Shown: positions 22,356-31,483 of the stretch, one piece after another
Layout: each line of letters starts with the position of its first letter
How positions within the stretch are numbered: position 1 is the stretch's first letter
The notes under the pieces: model-generated
Database searches by the model: none
Told to the model about the DNA's origin: nothing
The model's input: only the letters and a program-made list of their open reading frames with translations
Assembly: GCA_041607595.1 (NCBI GenBank)
Contig: JBFIUJ010000001.1
Location: forward strand, 1 to 33,645
DNA from: Gemmatimonadales bacterium
Lineage (GTDB): Bacteria > Gemmatimonadota > Gemmatimonadetes > Gemmatimonadales > GWC2-71-9
Length of the DNA: 33,645 nt
Reading direction: 5' to 3'
Position numbers and translations under genes: made by a program

Positions 22356-22606
22356 CAGCCCTCCACTTCGACGATGAAGTCTTCGGTCACGGGATTGGCC
22401 AGGAGCCGCTCGCACATCTCCCGGGCGCGGCGCTCGGCCTCGGCGCGGGAGGGCGCCTCCACGCCGAGCTCGATCGCGCGTCCCACCCGGACGGCCCCGG
22501 CATCGGCAAAGCCCAGGGCGCCGAGCGCGTGTTCCACCGCCTGCCCCTGGGGGTCGAGGAGCCCGGCCCGAGGCAAGACCCGCACGTGCACGCGATAGGT
22601 CGTCAT
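22355..22606 (-). CDS. purS: Phosphoribosylformylglycinamidine synthase subunit PurS
   Basis: C-terminal 83 aa of track ORF 22355..23038. It shows VLPRAGLLDPQGQAVEHAL...LANPVTEDF. The stop overlaps the purQ ATG by 1 nt. Confidence 0.88.
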   Translation of the reverse strand: MTTYRVHVRVLPRAGLLDPQGQAVEHALGALGFADAGAVRVGRAIELGVEAPSRAEAERRAREMCERLLANPVTEDFIVEVEG

Positions 22607-23442
22607 GGCTGCCCCCCTGGCCGCTGAACGATCGGGTCCTCGTGCGTGTCCTCCTGCTCCTGCTCCACATCGACCTCGACGTCGTTCTCCCCGCGCTCGA
22701 GGAGGCCCAGCACGGTTCCCCGCACCAGCCCGAATCCGAGGTAGGCGAGGCCCAGGGGGAAGAGCACCTCGGCCGGCTTGACGAGCGCGGCGATCAAGAT
22801 GCCGAGGTGCAACAGGAGGCCGACGACGCCCTTGACCGACCGGAACCCGATCGGGGGGAATCGGGGGTACTTCACGGTGCTGACCATCAGCACCGAGAGG
22901 AGCAGCATCAGGACCACGAGCCCGTCCTTCTGGAGGTCGAGGTACGCGAGCGACGCCTGATACCATTCGGTCTGACTGAAGGGGAAGTAGACGGCGAGGG
23001 TCATACCGGCCGCCGGGGACGGCATGCCGACGAACCACCCCGGCGAGCCCTCGGCGGGGCTCGCGTTGAAGCGGGCCAGCCGGACGGCGACCGCCACCAC
23101 GTAGAGGTAGCAGAGGAGCCAGGCGAACTTGCCTGCCGTCGAGAACTCCAGGAAGTACATGATCATGGCCGGCGCCACGCCGAAGCTGATGCAGTCCACC
23201 AGCGAATCCAGCTCCGCCCCGAAGCGGGTCCCCGTCTTGGAGAGCCGGGCCAGTCGGCCGTCCAGCATGTCGGCCACCCCGGCGAACACGACGAACCAGG
23301 CGGCCCAGATGAAGTTCCGGTTGAACGCGGACACGATGGCCCAGAACCCGAAGAAGAGGTTCCCCAGGGTGAACGCGCTGGGCACGACCACCACGGCGCT
23401 GCGCATGGTCGGACGGAACCGGGGAGGGCGGATCATGTCCAT
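22603..23442 (-). CDS. pssA: CDP-diacylglycerol--serine O-phosphatidyltransferase (CDP-alcohol phosphatidyltransferase family)
   Basis: 279 aa, multi-TM. It has a perfect D-x2-DG-x2-AR-x8-G-x3-D-x3-D motif (DMLDGRLARLSKTGTRFGAELDSLVD). The alternative start ATG 23436 (MIRPP) would give an ATGA overlap with the psd stop. The stop forms an ATGA overlap with the purS start. Confidence 0.85.
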   Translation of the reverse strand: MDMIRPPRFRPTMRSAVVVVPSAFTLGNLFFGFWAIVSAFNRNFIWAAWFVVFAGVADMLDGRLARLSKTGTRFGAELDSLVDCISFGVAPAMIMYFLEFSTAGKFAWLLCYLYVVAVAVRLARFNASPAEGSPGWFVGMPSPAAGMTLAVYFPFSQTEWYQASLAYLDLQKDGLVVLMLLLSVLMVSTVKYPRFPPIGFRSVKGVVGLLLHLGILIAALVKPAEVLFPLGLAYLGFGLVRGTVLGLLERGENDVEVDVEQEQEDTHEDPIVQRPGGQP

Positions 23443-24059
23443 TCGGCGATCACGGTGAGGCCGGCGCGCGCCTGCTCGCCTTCGGCGACCAGGGTCCGGG
23501 CTCCGGGGGGGAGGAAGACGTCCACCCGCGAGCCGAACCGGATGAGACCCATGCGGTCGCCCTGCCGCACCGTCGTGCCCTCCGGGTGGTCGGTCACGAT
23601 CCGGCGGGCGATGAGCCCGGCGATCTGCCGCACGAGGATCTTACCGCGAGGCGTCTCGAGCCCGACCGAGGACTGCTCGTTCTCCTGGCTCGCCTTCTCG
23701 CCGGCGGCGTTCACGAACCGCCCGGGCTCATAGTGCCGGTAGGCGATGGTCCCGTCGGCCGGGTACCGATTCACGTGGACGTTGAAGACGTTCATGAAGA
23801 TCGACACCCGGGTGGACTCCGCGCGATGGAAGGCGGGCTCGTCGATCGAACGCACGCTCACCACCTTCCCATCGGCGGGGGCCAGGATCAACCCCTCCCC
23901 CCGAGGGCCGGCGCGGTCGGGGTCCCGAAAGAACGCGACCACCCAGATCGCGATCGGCAGCCAGACCAGCGCCGCCGGCCAGAGCCGGAACCCCAGGAGG
24001 GCGGCCAGGATGATCCAGGCCGCCAGGATGAACGGACGTCCCTCCGGGGCGACGCGCAT
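23433..24059 (-). CDS. psd: Phosphatidylserine decarboxylase proenzyme (short type)
   Basis: C-terminal 208 aa of track ORF 23433..25010. It has an N-terminal TM segment, the self-cleavage motif FGSR and RYPADG-type core. ATG 24059 overlaps the purC stop by 1 nt. Confidence 0.85.
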   Translation of the reverse strand: MRVAPEGRPFILAAWIILAALLGFRLWPAALVWLPIAIWVVAFFRDPDRAGPRGEGLILAPADGKVVSVRSIDEPAFHRAESTRVSIFMNVFNVHVNRYPADGTIAYRHYEPGRFVNAAGEKASQENEQSSVGLETPRGKILVRQIAGLIARRIVTDHPEGTTVRQGDRMGLIRFGSRVDVFLPPGARTLVAEGEQARAGLTVIAEWT

Positions 24060-24976
24060 CAGGATCCCTCGATCAGGGGACGGTCGGTGAGCATGGCAAA
24101 TGCCTCCAGGTAGCGCTCCGTCGTCGCCCGCACGACCTCGGCCGGGAGGGGCGGCGGCGGCGCGTCCCCGCTCCAGCGCCCGGCCCGGCGCAGCCCGTCG
24201 AGGTAGTCGCGGAGGGGCTGCTTGTCGAAGCTGGGCTGCGGCCGCCCGGGCCGATAGCCCGCCTTGGGCCAGAGCCGGGAGGAATCCGGCGTCATGACCT
24301 CGTCGATCAGGCAGATGCCGCCCTCGGCGTTCCGCCCGAACTCGAACTTGGTGTCCGCGAGGATGAGCCCGCGGGCGTCCGCGTGGGCCCGGCCCGCGGC
24401 GTACAGCGCCAGGCTGGCTTCGCGGAGGCGCCGGGCGTCGCCGCCGAGCGCCTCCGCCATGCGGGCGAACGGGATGTTCTGGTCGTGCCCCGATTCGGCC
24501 TTGGTCGCGGGCGAGAACAGGGGAGGGTCCAGTCGCTGGCTCTCCACCCACCCCTCCGGCATCGGCTCGCCGGCCAGGGTCCCGCGCTCCCGGTATTCCG
24601 ACCAGGCCGAGCCGGAAAGATAGCCCCGCACGACGCACTCGAAGGGGATCGGGGTCGCGCGACGGACCAGCATGGCCCGGCCGGCCCATTGGGCCCGCGA
24701 CGGGCCGAGCCCCGGGACTCGCGTGAGGATGGTGTCGGGATCCGCGGTGACGAAATGGCTGGGGAAGACCTCGGCGAGCGTGTCGAACCAGAAGGCGCTG
24801 AGCTGGGTCAACACGGCGCCCTTCTTCGGGACGGGCTCCGCCATCACGACGTCGAACGCGCTCACCCGATCGCTCGCGACGAGCAGGAGATGGCTCGCGT
24901 CCGCCTCGTAGACCTCCCGGACCTTGCCCCGCCGCACGAGGGGCAGCGGGAGGTCGCTCCGCACCAGCGTGGTCAT
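24059..24976 (-). CDS. purC: Phosphoribosylaminoimidazole-succinocarboxamide (SAICAR) synthase, long type
   Basis: C-terminal 305 aa of track ORF 24059..25459. It shows [18 protein letters not shown] and [10 protein letters not shown]. Confidence 0.92.
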   Translation of the reverse strand: MTTLVRSDLPLPLVRRGKVREVYEADASHLLLVASDRVSAFDVVMAEPVPKKGAVLTQLSAFWFDTLAEVFPSHFVTADPDTILTRVPGLGPSRAQWAGRAMLVRRATPIPFECVVRGYLSGSAWSEYRERGTLAGEPMPEGWVESQRLDPPLFSPATKAESGHDQNIPFARMAEALGGDARRLREASLALYAAGRAHADARGLILADTKFEFGRNAEGGICLIDEVMTPDSSRLWPKAGYRPGRPQPSFDKQPLRDYLDGLRRAGRWSGDAPPPPLPAEVVRATTERYLEAFAMLTDRPLIEGS

Positions 24977-26412
24977 ACCCGCACGTCCGCGCTCTCGGCA
25001 TCGGCCGCAAGGGGTCGCGCCCGCTCGACCAGCGGGGCCAGGTATTCGTCCAGAAACTCCTCGACCTGGTCCGCCGCCCGGCCGGTGTACCGGGCCGGGT
25101 CGAACTCGGCCCGCAGCCGGGTCGAGGGGATCCCCGCGAACGCGGGGTCGCTCCCCAGGCGGTCCAACAGGTCGTTCGGCCCGCCGGCCGCGACCGCCTC
25201 GGCCGCGGCGTGGCTGTGGACCCGGATCACCTCGTGCAGCGCCTGCCGGTCGCCGCCGGCCTGCACGCCCAGCATGAGCCACCGTTCGGTGGCCATGAAC
25301 GGCATGTGCTGGGCGACGTGCCGGGCGATGGTCGCCTCGCGCACCTCGAGTCCGGCGGTGACGTTCGTGGCCAACACCAGGATCGCGTCGGTCGCGAGGA
25401 AGGCCTCCGGGAGCACGAGCCGGCGGTTGGCCGAGTCGTCGAGGGTCCGCTCGAGCCACTGCGCGGCGGCGGTGTGGGCCGGGTTGGCCTGCAGGCTGAT
25501 CACGAAGCGCGCCAGCCCGCCGATCCGCTCCGCGCGCATCGGATTCCGCTTGTAGGCCATGGCGCTCGAGCCGATCTGCTCGGCCTCGAACGGCTCCAGG
25601 AGCTCGCCTTCGTGCTGCAGGAGCCGGAGGTCGCCCGCCAGCTTGGCGGCGGATTGGGCCATGCCGCTCAAGGCGTCCAGGATCTGGCTGTCCAGCTTGC
25701 GGGGATACGTCTGCCCCGTGACCGCGAAGGAGGCGGGGAGCCCGAGGCGCTCCACCACCAGGCGATCCAGCGCCCGCACCTTGCCCGCGTCCCCCCCGAA
25801 CAGCTCAAGGAACGAGGCCTGGGTGCCGGTCGTGCCCTTGCAGCCGCGCAGGCGCAGGGTCTCGAGCCGATGGCACACCTCCTCGACGTCCAGGGCGAAG
25901 TCCTGCATCCAGAGGGTCGCCCGCTTGCCCACGGTGGTCAGCTGGGCCGGCTGGAAGTGGGTGTAGGCGAGGCAGGGGAGCGCACGGGTTCGCCGGGCCA
26001 GCCCCTCGAGGAGGCCGAGCACCGCGAGGAGCCGGCCGAGGAGGAGACGGAGCCCGTCCCGCATCACCAGCACGTCCGCGTTGTCGGTCACGAAGGCGCT
26101 GGTGGCGCCCAGGTGGAGGAACGGCCGCGCCGCCGGGGCCTGCTCCCCGAAGGCGTGCACGTGGGCCATCACGTCGTGGCGGAAGCGACGCTCGTAGGCC
26201 GCGGCCGCGGCCAGGTCCGCGTCGTCGAGGTGCTCCCGCATGGCCTGCACGGCCTCCTCGGGGATGTCGAGCCCCAGCTCGCGCTGGGCCTCGGCCAGAG
26301 CCAGCCAGAGGCGGCGCCAGAGGCCGACCCGGTGACGCTCGCCCCACAGCCGCTGCATCGGGGGCGAGGCGTAGCGCGTGCCCAACGGCGAGCGGTAGCG
26401 GTCGTCGGTCAT
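24973..26412 (-). CDS. purB: Adenylosuccinate lyase
   Basis: C-terminal 479 aa of track ORF 24973..27321. It shows [19 protein letters not shown] and the fumarate-lyase signature [11 protein letters not shown]. There are ATGA overlaps at both ends. Confidence 0.92.
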   Translation of the reverse strand: MTDDRYRSPLGTRYASPPMQRLWGERHRVGLWRRLWLALAEAQRELGLDIPEEAVQAMREHLDDADLAAAAAYERRFRHDVMAHVHAFGEQAPAARPFLHLGATSAFVTDNADVLVMRDGLRLLLGRLLAVLGLLEGLARRTRALPCLAYTHFQPAQLTTVGKRATLWMQDFALDVEEVCHRLETLRLRGCKGTTGTQASFLELFGGDAGKVRALDRLVVERLGLPASFAVTGQTYPRKLDSQILDALSGMAQSAAKLAGDLRLLQHEGELLEPFEAEQIGSSAMAYKRNPMRAERIGGLARFVISLQANPAHTAAAQWLERTLDDSANRRLVLPEAFLATDAILVLATNVTAGLEVREATIARHVAQHMPFMATERWLMLGVQAGGDRQALHEVIRVHSHAAAEAVAAGGPNDLLDRLGSDPAFAGIPSTRLRAEFDPARYTGRAADQVEEFLDEYLAPLVERARPLAADAESADVRV

Positions 26413-27881
26413 CGGAAGACCAGGTCGGTGTAGACCGTCTGGGCTCCGCGGTCCAGATGGATGCGGAACGTCTCGCCGGGGCGGAGCGCGCGGAAGAACG
26501 CCCCCACTTCGCCCGCCGTCCGCGCCGGGCTCCGGTTGAAGCCGACGATCACGTCGCCGGCGCGGAGGCCGGTCTGCTGGGCGGTCTGCGGGGCGATCCG
26601 GACGATCAGCGCCCCGAAGTCCCGGCGGAGGTTCCGCTCGGATTGGATCGCCGGGGTAACGGTCACCAGCTCGAGATCCTCCAGGACGCGCACGCGCTCG
26701 GCCGTGACGGTCGGCAGGTCCCCGGCGACGAGGGTGCGGCGCGCGCCGTCCCCTCCACCCCGGCCGGCCAGGGTCAGGCGCACCGCGTCGCCCACGTGCA
26801 GGTCGAGCTTCACCGCCTCCCAATCGAGGTAGTTGCGCAGGCGCCGGCCGTTGGCCTCCACCAGGATGTCGCCGGTCCGGAGCCCGACCCGGTCGGCCGG
26901 GCTCCCGGGCGCGACGCCCGTGACCTCGACGCCCCCCCGGCTCTTCCAGGTTCGCATCGCCTCGGCACCGGCCACGTCGAGCCCGGTCCAGGCGCGCCGG
27001 ACGCTGCCGTTCTGCAGCAGCTGGTCCGCGACGCGGAGCACCCGCTCGATCGGGATGGCGAAGCCGAGCCCGACCGAGCCGCCACTGCTCGAGAAGATCG
27101 AGGAGTTCATCCCCACGACCTCCCCGAGCGCATTGGCCAGCGGGCCGCCCGAGTTGCCCGGGTTGATCGCCGCGTCGGTCTGGATCATGTCGAGGTAGAG
27201 CCCCGGCTGCTCGCCCGTCGGCAGGATGTTCCGCCCGAGTGCGCTCACGACGCCGGCGGTCACCGTCGGCTCGTTGTTGCCCAGCAGGTAGGCGTAGGGG
27301 TTGCCGAGCGCCACCACCCATTCGCCGATCATCAGCCCGGTGCTCCGCCCGAAGGGCACGGTCGGCAGGTTCCGAGCGTCCACCCGGACCACGGCCACGT
27401 CCGTCACCGGATCCTCGCCCACCAGGGTGGCCTCGGCCTCGGTGCCGTCCCGGAGCGTGACGATGATCCGCTCGGCCCCGCCGATCACGTGCTGGTTGGT
27501 GACGATGACGCCGTCGGCGCGGATCACGAAGCCGGTTCCGTACCCCTGGACCGTGCGCTCGGTGTTCTGGGGCACGAAGAAGAGATCCCAGGGCGTCCGC
27601 ACCGGCACCCGCTGACGGCTGGTGACCGAGAGCGAGACGACCGCCGGCGCGATCCGGCTCGCGGCGCTGACGATCGCGGTGCGCCGGGAGGAGTCCAGGG
27701 ACGTCGCCGGGATCGGCATCGGAATCCCCTCGAGGCCCTGCGGCGCGGTGGCGCCGGCGGTGGCTCGGGACGACTCCGGCACCTGGGCGCGGCAGGAGAC
27801 GGTGAGGCCCGCGATCAGGAGCGCGAGGGCCGCCACGATGTGGGCGGGGAGGGATCCTCGGTGGCGGAGAAGTGCCATCAT
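26409..27881 (-). CDS. htrA: HtrA/DegP-family periplasmic serine protease with two PDZ domains
   Basis: C-terminal 490 aa of track ORF 26409..28271. It has a signal or lipoprotein-like N-terminus (ALALLIAGLTVSC), the catalytic triad context TNQHV, DVAVVRV and GNSGGPL, and two PDZ-like segments (GSPADRVGLRTGDIL, TGLRAGDVIV). Confidence 0.88.
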   Translation of the reverse strand: MMALLRHRGSLPAHIVAALALLIAGLTVSCRAQVPESSRATAGATAPQGLEGIPMPIPATSLDSSRRTAIVSAASRIAPAVVSLSVTSRQRVPVRTPWDLFFVPQNTERTVQGYGTGFVIRADGVIVTNQHVIGGAERIIVTLRDGTEAEATLVGEDPVTDVAVVRVDARNLPTVPFGRSTGLMIGEWVVALGNPYAYLLGNNEPTVTAGVVSALGRNILPTGEQPGLYLDMIQTDAAINPGNSGGPLANALGEVVGMNSSIFSSSGGSVGLGFAIPIERVLRVADQLLQNGSVRRAWTGLDVAGAEAMRTWKSRGGVEVTGVAPGSPADRVGLRTGDILVEANGRRLRNYLDWEAVKLDLHVGDAVRLTLAGRGGGDGARRTLVAGDLPTVTAERVRVLEDLELVTVTPAIQSERNLRRDFGALIVRIAPQTAQQTGLRAGDVIVGFNRSPARTAGEVGAFFRALRPGETFRIHLDRGAQTVYTDLVFR

Positions 27882-28660
27882 GCGACCTCGTACCGCTCGG
27901 CGTAGAGGTGCGCCGGATAAGACGCCTCCACGAAATAGAGCCCCTGGGGCGGGGCGGGCGGGCTCGTGTCCGCGTTGTCCGGGCGCGCCAGCAGCCGTGG
28001 GATGTCTTCCACCGGCCGGCGTCCGAGCCCGATGTCTGCCATCGTGCCGACCATCATGCGCACCATGTGATGGAGGAATCGATCCGCGGCGACGTGGAGG
28101 CTGACGCCCCGGTCGCCGGGGCGCCGCTCCCACTGCACCACGGCGAACCGGCAGTGGTAGTGCGGCTTCGGCGCCCCCTTCACGGCGAACGCCCGGCAGT
28201 CGTGCTCGCCGTGAAAGTGGCGCGCCGCGGCGACCAGGGCCGAGAAGTCGAGCGAGCGGCCGAGGGCCCATTCGAACGGTCGCCGGAACGGCGAGGCCGC
28301 GGCCTCATCGGTGCCGATGTCGTACCGATAGCGGCGGCCCTCGGCGCTCTTGCGGGCGTGGAAGCCGGGCTGCATCGGGAAGACGGCCTCCACCCAGCAG
28401 TCGGCGGGGAGCAGGGCGTTCAACGCCCGCCGCAGCTCGCCAGCGGTCCAGCGCGCCGGCACCGTGCAGCTCACCCCCATCCCGATCGCGTGGACCCCGG
28501 CGTCGGTGCGTCCCGCCGCGTGAGCGACCGTCCGGCGGCCGCACAGCCGCTCCAAGACCCGCTCCACCTCGGCCTGGACGGAGCGGACGTCCGGCTGCCG
28601 CTGCCACCCGGCGAACCGGCTCCCGTCATAGTGGAGTCGGGCGAGGTAAGTCCGGCTCAT
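27878..28660 (-). CDS. truA: tRNA pseudouridine(38-40) synthase
   Basis: 260 aa. It shows YDGSRFAGWQRQ and the catalytic Asp in AGRTDAGVHA. Confidence 0.92.
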   Translation of the reverse strand: MSRTYLARLHYDGSRFAGWQRQPDVRSVQAEVERVLERLCGRRTVAHAAGRTDAGVHAIGMGVSCTVPARWTAGELRRALNALLPADCWVEAVFPMQPGFHARKSAEGRRYRYDIGTDEAAASPFRRPFEWALGRSLDFSALVAAARHFHGEHDCRAFAVKGAPKPHYHCRFAVVQWERRPGDRGVSLHVAADRFLHHMVRMMVGTMADIGLGRRPVEDIPRLLARPDNADTSPPAPPQGLYFVEASYPAHLYAERYEVA

Positions 28661-28668
28661 CGAGGCGG

Positions 28669-28698
28669 AATCTAGTCCGGCGCGCCCGCCCCGAGCAA
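28669..28698 (-). promoter_or_regulatory. Candidate promoter for truA and the downstream array (TTGCTC-18-TAGATT), near-leaderless
   Basis: On the minus strand, TTGCTC lies at 28698..28693 and TAGATT at 28674..28669. The truA ATG (28660) starts 9 nt after the -10 hexamer and has no SD sequence. Confidence 0.3.
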
Positions 28699-28762
28699 GC
28701 TGCGCAACTCGTTGTCAGGATTGACGGAAGGCCGTGCGGCCCGCCGCGGCCCGGGCCGCCGA

Positions 28763-28782
28763 CGGCCCCCCGGTGGGGGGGC
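28763..28782. terminator. GC hairpin just downstream of the lexA stop (possible weak terminator or attenuator)
   Basis: GGCCCCCC (28763-70) and GGGGGGCC (28775-82) form an 8-bp stem with a 4-nt loop. No U-tract follows on the minus strand, so termination efficiency is uncertain. Confidence 0.3.
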
Positions 28783-28793
28783 CGGAGGAGGGG

Positions 28794-29402
28794 CTAGTAC
28801 TTGCGGATGACGCCGACCACCACGCCCTGGATCAGCACGTCGCGCTCCTGGAAGCGCATCGGCTGCATCGTGGCGTTGGCGGGCTGCAGCCGAATCCACC
28901 CGCCGGTCTCGCGGTAGAACTTCTTCACCGTGGCCTCGGCCCCGTTGACCAGCGCGATCACCATCTCGCCGTTCTCGGCCGACTGACGGCCGTGGACGAC
29001 CACGAAGTCCCCGTCCAGGATGTGCTCTTCGATCATGGAGTCTCCCTGCACCTGCAGGGCGTAGTTGGGGCCCCGCTGCGGCAGCATCTCGTCGGGCACG
29101 GCGAGCGTCTCGCCGTGCATGACCGACTCGATCGGCGTGCCGGCGGCGACCCGGCCGAGCACCGGGACTTCGGTGGCGCTGGTCGTCCCCTTCGGCGGCA
29201 GCACCTCGATCGAACGGCTCTCGTTGTAGCGGCGGTGGATGTACCCCTTCCGCTCGAGGTTGGTCAGGTGCTCGTGCACCGTGGCCAGGGACTGATAGCC
29301 GAAGCGCTCGGCGATTTCCTCGAAGCTCGGGGCATAGCCCTGGGCGTCGATGTGGGTCTGGAGATACGAGAGGATCTCGCGCTGCCGCTTGGTGAGTGCC
29401 AC
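28794..29402 (-). CDS. lexA: LexA repressor (SOS regulator, S24 peptidase)
   Basis: 202 aa. It has an N-terminal winged HTH (LTKRQREILSYL...SFEEIAERFG), the cleavage site VAAG, the catalytic Ser in GDSM and Lys in VKKF. The start is GTG 29402, with GGAGG 6 nt upstream. Confidence 0.92.
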   Translation of the reverse strand: MALTKRQREILSYLQTHIDAQGYAPSFEEIAERFGYQSLATVHEHLTNLERKGYIHRRYNESRSIEVLPPKGTTSATEVPVLGRVAAGTPIESVMHGETLAVPDEMLPQRGPNYALQVQGDSMIEEHILDGDFVVVHGRQSAENGEMVIALVNGAEATVKKFYRETGGWIRLQPANATMQPMRFQERDVLIQGVVVGVIRKY

Positions 29403-29424
29403 CGCCGCCTCCGGTGCCGGGTGA

Positions 29425-29466
29425 CCGAATAAGAGCCGAATCGAAGATACCCGAACGCTTCCCGAA
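29425..29466 (-). promoter_or_regulatory. Phased TTCGG direct repeats overlapping the lexA promoter (candidate LexA operator)
   Basis: In the lexA orientation the sequence reads TTCGGGAAGCGTTCGGGTATCTTCGATTCGGCTCTTATTCGG. TTCGG copies start 11 nt apart within each pair (CTTC-N7-GTTC and ATTC-N7-ATTC). This resembles the alphaproteobacterial direct-repeat GTTC-N7-GTTC SOS box. Confidence 0.25.
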
Positions 29467-29472
29467 GGGCAA
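29444..29472 (-). promoter_or_regulatory. Candidate lexA promoter (TTGCCC-17-TATCTT)
   Basis: On the minus strand, TTGCCC lies at 29472..29467 and TATCTT at 29449..29444, with a 17-nt spacer. The same hexamers appear in the candidate ssrA (-35) and dus (-10) promoters. It sits in a locally AT-richer island. Confidence 0.4.
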
Positions 29473-29767
29473 GACCCCGACTATCCTCCAAGGAGGCGAT
29501 CGCTCCGGGCGCGGATCGCGCCGCTGCCGGCTCCCTTCGACGCGGCCGAGCGCGTGATCCTCGCATCCCAGGCCTGGCGTTGGCTCGGAACCCCGTTACC
29601 TTCGCCGGTACCGGGCGATCGGTGGGCGACGACCTCATCGACCGACAGCAGAGCTGCGCCCTCACGAGGACGGTGCTTTGGCCGGCGGCGACGGGGCGGC
29701 GTCGTCGTGCCCGAGTGGCCGAGGCGACCGAGGCGTCACCACGGCGGACCTACGCGGAAGAGGCACC

Positions 29768-31483
29768 GTGACGGCTGAGCCCCAGGAATCCGTCCTACCG
29801 CCGACGCAGGTCGAGGAAATGCTGCGCACCCTCGTCAAGGGGCAGCGTGCCTTCCAGATGTACCTTCCCAACAACCCGATCTATCATCGCGCGATCGACA
29901 ACGTGCGCGCCGCGTTCGCGCCGCTGTGGACGGCGACGGCGGAGATCACCCTGTCGGTGGCCGAGACGGATTTCGTCTGGGAGGAGAACGTCGTCTACCA
30001 GCAGGCCAACAAGACCGAGAGCCTCGCCTGGACGCTGTACAAGGACGGCCTGCGGACCCTCACCTTTCGGGAGGGCGTGGAGGACGAGGAGATCGTGAGC
30101 TTCCTCCAGACGATCAACCGGGTGCGGCAGCTCCCACCCGACGCGGGCGACGATCTGCTCACGCTGCTCTGGGAGCACGATTTCCATTACATCCAGTACC
30201 GGTTCGCCGATCTGGGCGCGGACGCGGCGGTGCCCGGCCTCGATTCCGCGGGGCTGGGGGTGTCGGCGCCGCCGCCGGCCGAGCTGCAGGAGCGGGTCCG
30301 GGAGGACGCGAAGGCGGAGGAGGGGGCGCCGGCGGAGGAGCCCCCGCGTCCCAAGGGCGTGGTGGACATCGAGGAGTACGAGTCCACGCTCTACTTCCTC
30401 GACGAGGGCGAGGTCGCGAAGATCAAGCGCGACCTCGAGTGGGAGTACTCCCGCGACCTCCGCGGCTCGGCCCTCAATAGCCTGTTCGACATCTTCGAGC
30501 TGCAGACGAACCCGGAAATCCGGGCCGAGGCCCTGGCGATCCTCGACTTCGTCTTTCCCAACCTGCTGAACGTGGGCGACTTCAAGGCCGCCGCCGAGAC
30601 CCTGCGGCAGACCCGCATCCTGGCGAAGCGGGCTCGACAGCTCACGCCCGAGATCCTCGGCCAGCTGCGCGGGTTCGATCAGCGGCTGAGCGACCCGGCG
30701 ATCGTGAATCAGGTGATGCAGGCGCTCGACGAGGGCAGCACCACGCCCACCGACGAGGACATCCGCGAGCTGCTGAGCGAGCTGCTGCCCACCGCGCTGG
30801 AGCCGCTCATCGTCTGGCTGCCGAGGATCTCCGCGGCGACCATCCGGGTCTGCGTCACCGAGGCGGTGGAGCGGCTGGCCATGGCCCATCCCCAGGAGGT
30901 GCTCGCCCTGCTCCGGCGGCCGGAGGCGGAGGCGCACCGGGGCGTGGTGGAGCTCTGCGGACGGCTCAAGCTGGAGGAGGCCGTGCCCGGCCTGAGCGAC
31001 GCCCTGGACCACCCCGACGCCGCCCGCCGGCTGGCGGTGGTGGAGGCGTTGATCGCGATCGATTCGCCCGCGATCCTCCCCGCGCTCGACCGCGGCGTGG
31101 AGGACGGGGACCGTGCGGTCCGGATGGCCTCGGTCCGCGCGATGGCCGGGCGGCGCTACCGCGGCGCACTGCGCCGGATCGAGCCGGTCATCTTCGGCAA
31201 GCGGGGGAAGGACATGGACTTCAACGAGAAGCGCGCGTTCTTCGAGGCCTACGGCAGCATCGCCGGGGAGGCCGCCCTGAAGCCGCTGGCCGGCATGCTG
31301 CTGCCCACCTCGTTCCTCTTCTTCCAGCGGCGGCGGAGCGCGGAGGTGCGGATGTGCGCGGCGCTCGGCATCGGCAAGATCGGGACGGCCGAAGCGCGCG
31401 ATCTGCTGCAACGGGTCGCCAACGACAAGGATCGCCAAGTGCGCAACGCCGTCGGCGCCGCGCTGCGGGGGAGCGTGGCATGA
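29768..31483 (+). CDS. HEAT-repeat protein with an unassigned N-terminal module
   Basis: Lies in track frame 29678..31483. High third-position GC sets in only around 29770-29820. GTG 29768 has GGAAGAGG 4 nt upstream; ATG 29819 is the alternative. The C-terminal third has PBS-lyase/HEAT-like repeats (DPDAARRLAVVEALIAI, DGDRAVRMASVRAMAG, SAEVRMCAALGIGKIG, DKDRQVRNAVGAAL). Confidence 0.7.
   Translation: MTAEPQESVLPPTQVEEMLRTLVKGQRAFQMYLPNNPIYHRAIDNVRAAFAPLWTATAEITLSVAETDFVWEENVVYQQANKTESLAWTLYKDGLRTLTFREGVEDEEIVSFLQTINRVRQLPPDAGDDLLTLLWEHDFHYIQYRFADLGADAAVPGLDSAGLGVSAPPPAELQERVREDAKAEEGAPAEEPPRPKGVVDIEEYESTLYFLDEGEVAKIKRDLEWEYSRDLRGSALNSLFDIFELQTNPEIRAEALAILDFVFPNLLNVGDFKAAAETLRQTRILAKRARQLTPEILGQLRGFDQRLSDPAIVNQVMQALDEGSTTPTDEDIRELLSELLPTALEPLIVWLPRISAATIRVCVTEAVERLAMAHPQEVLALLRRPEAEAHRGVVELCGRLKLEEAVPGLSDALDHPDAARRLAVVEALIAIDSPAILPALDRGVEDGDRAVRMASVRAMAGRRYRGALRRIEPVIFGKRGKDMDFNEKRAFFEAYGSIAGEAALKPLAGMLLPTSFLFFQRRRSAEVRMCAALGIGKIGTAEARDLLQRVANDKDRQVRNAVGAALRGSVA

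Noticed and set aside
29554-29778. Small ORFs in the lexA / HEAT-gene intergenic region: 29554..29778(+), 29580..29771(+) and 29662..29874(-).
   Set aside because: Their translations are Arg/Pro/Gly-rich with several rare codons. They have no SD sequence at a proper distance and no recognisable motif. They are more likely non-coding leader or promoter DNA.
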